Shown piece after piece: positions 63,032 to 64,000 of a stretch of DNA of 64,000 nt (within the stretch, counting starts at the first letter, position 1; each line of letters opens with the position of its first letter). The position numbers and the translations under genes were made by a program. Under the pieces are notes generated by a model. It was given only the letters and a program-made list of their open reading frames with translations. It was not told the origin of the DNA and made no database searches. The DNA comes from a virus: the IMG/VR virus record IMGVR_UViG_2563366553_000007; one strand, 5' to 3'.

Positions 63032-63898
63032 ATAAAGTGTAAAGATGATTAATTTAGCAAAGAGCAGAGATTGTCCATAGTGCTACTATAAATATTCTTT
63101 ATAAAAAAGTGGATTTAAAATGCCCAAATATTAAATTTAGCTATATTGCTAAGGCTATCTCTTATAGTTATGCATATTTAACTTTTGTTTAGCAAGCTTA
63201 GTTGAGATTTCTATATATAGTGACAACTCCCTCCCCAAATTCATCTCTTTTTTCTTATTGTTTTATTTATAATATTATGTAGATATTTATTGTATGTTTA
63301 TAATATGTAATATTAGGAAATCGTAAATTTTAAATTTATATTTTAAAAATAAATACTTATTCTTATTTTTCATTAAAAAAATCTAATTAAAATAAATTAT
63401 TAAAACTATAATAATTAAAGATATAAATATGTTTTATGTTTAATAATTATAAAAAGAAATATAGTGTAAGTAATTAAATAGTATTTATAGTAGTTTAAAT
63501 ATATTCTTAGAATGAGTTTAGAGGCTATTAGAAATGTTCTTTGGATGTTACTTATCTAAATATTGTAAAAAAGACTGTAGGAGCCTTATATAAGTTAGGA
63601 ATAAAAGGGAAGATGTTTTTATACTTTAATAATGACTAAATTTTATATAAACAATATAAAATTTAAATAGGATATGAATATTTATAAATAATAAGGAATT
63701 TATAGTATATTTAATTGGGATAATGGAATTGAGGTAGAGATCCTATTTAGAGTTTGAAAATGGATACTGTGAAAACAATTAAAATTATAGGTTAAAGTAG
63801 AAATGTAGAATAATTTGGAAGGATGAACATTGATATGTATGGGGGATTAGAAAACGTTTTAAATTTATTAAGTAAAAAAATAGAAAAAGGCCAATAAG

Positions 63899-64000
63899 AT
63901 GGATAGTGTAATATCAAACAAAAGTGTTTTTACTTTGACTAATAAATATATGAAAAAAATATATGCGAACATACAATATAAATTATCCGATATATTTAAT
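63899..64000 (+). CDS. Partial ORF running off the window end
   Basis: ATG at 63899 (MDSVISNKSVFTLTNKYMKKIYANIQYKLSDIFN...) has a weak RBS. It is preceded by a 20-codon mini-ORF (MYGGLENVLNLLSKKIEKGQ) with RBS GGAAGG. Confidence 0.3.
   Translation, partial: MDSVISNKSVFTLTNKYMKKIYANIQYKLSDIFN

Overview
The window is very AT-rich (roughly 25% GC) and reads like a slice of a large accessory replicon from a low-GC Firmicute, most plausibly a Clostridium megaplasmid or phage-plasmid. That assignment is an inference from gene content, codon usage and the repeat families present.

Main features, from left to right:

- **Replication/recombination module, minus strand, about 1-10.5 kb.** It carries dnaE, whose coding sequence is interrupted by an ORF-less group II intron; a recognisable domain V hairpin lies at about 181-214. 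The module also contains a CobT-like vWA protein, a CobS/MoxR-like AAA+ ATPase, a DnaG-type primase, SSB and a DnaQ-like 3'-5' exonuclease.
- **Small unknown, lipo- and membrane proteins, then DNA-metabolism genes.** These include a type IA topoisomerase (frameshifted), an HD-domain protein and a RecD2-like helicase.
- **Two paralogous VirD4/TraG-like coupling-protein ATPases** (25.1-26.3 kb and 28.7-30.8 kb).
- **A 1.5 kb ORF-free array of about 24 direct copies of a roughly 25-bp box** (core AAGTATGCAAATATTATTGTAGTTTT) at 32.25-33.77 kb. Part of it is organised as near-identical 53-bp tandem units. I read it as an iteron-type origin or centromere flanked by candidate initiator genes, not a CRISPR array.
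- **Further recombination/maintenance genes.** These are a long-form HPF, RusA, an SbcD-SbcC(N-half) fusion, a class A PBP (frameshifted), a TadE-like pseudopilin and a flotillin (frameshifted).
- **A large cluster of proteins built from a 22-residue repeat (DUF4116-like).** It contains perfect 66-bp tandem DNA repeats and is interrupted by a small island: an ImmA-like pseudo-protease, a small TM protein and a 1069-aa unknown protein.

At least six genes are split by frameshifts, four of them at A6/A8 homopolymers. That pattern suggests either sequence-quality problems or real pseudogenisation. Several ORF-free GC-enriched intergenic segments with promoter and terminator signals are candidate small RNAs or leaders.
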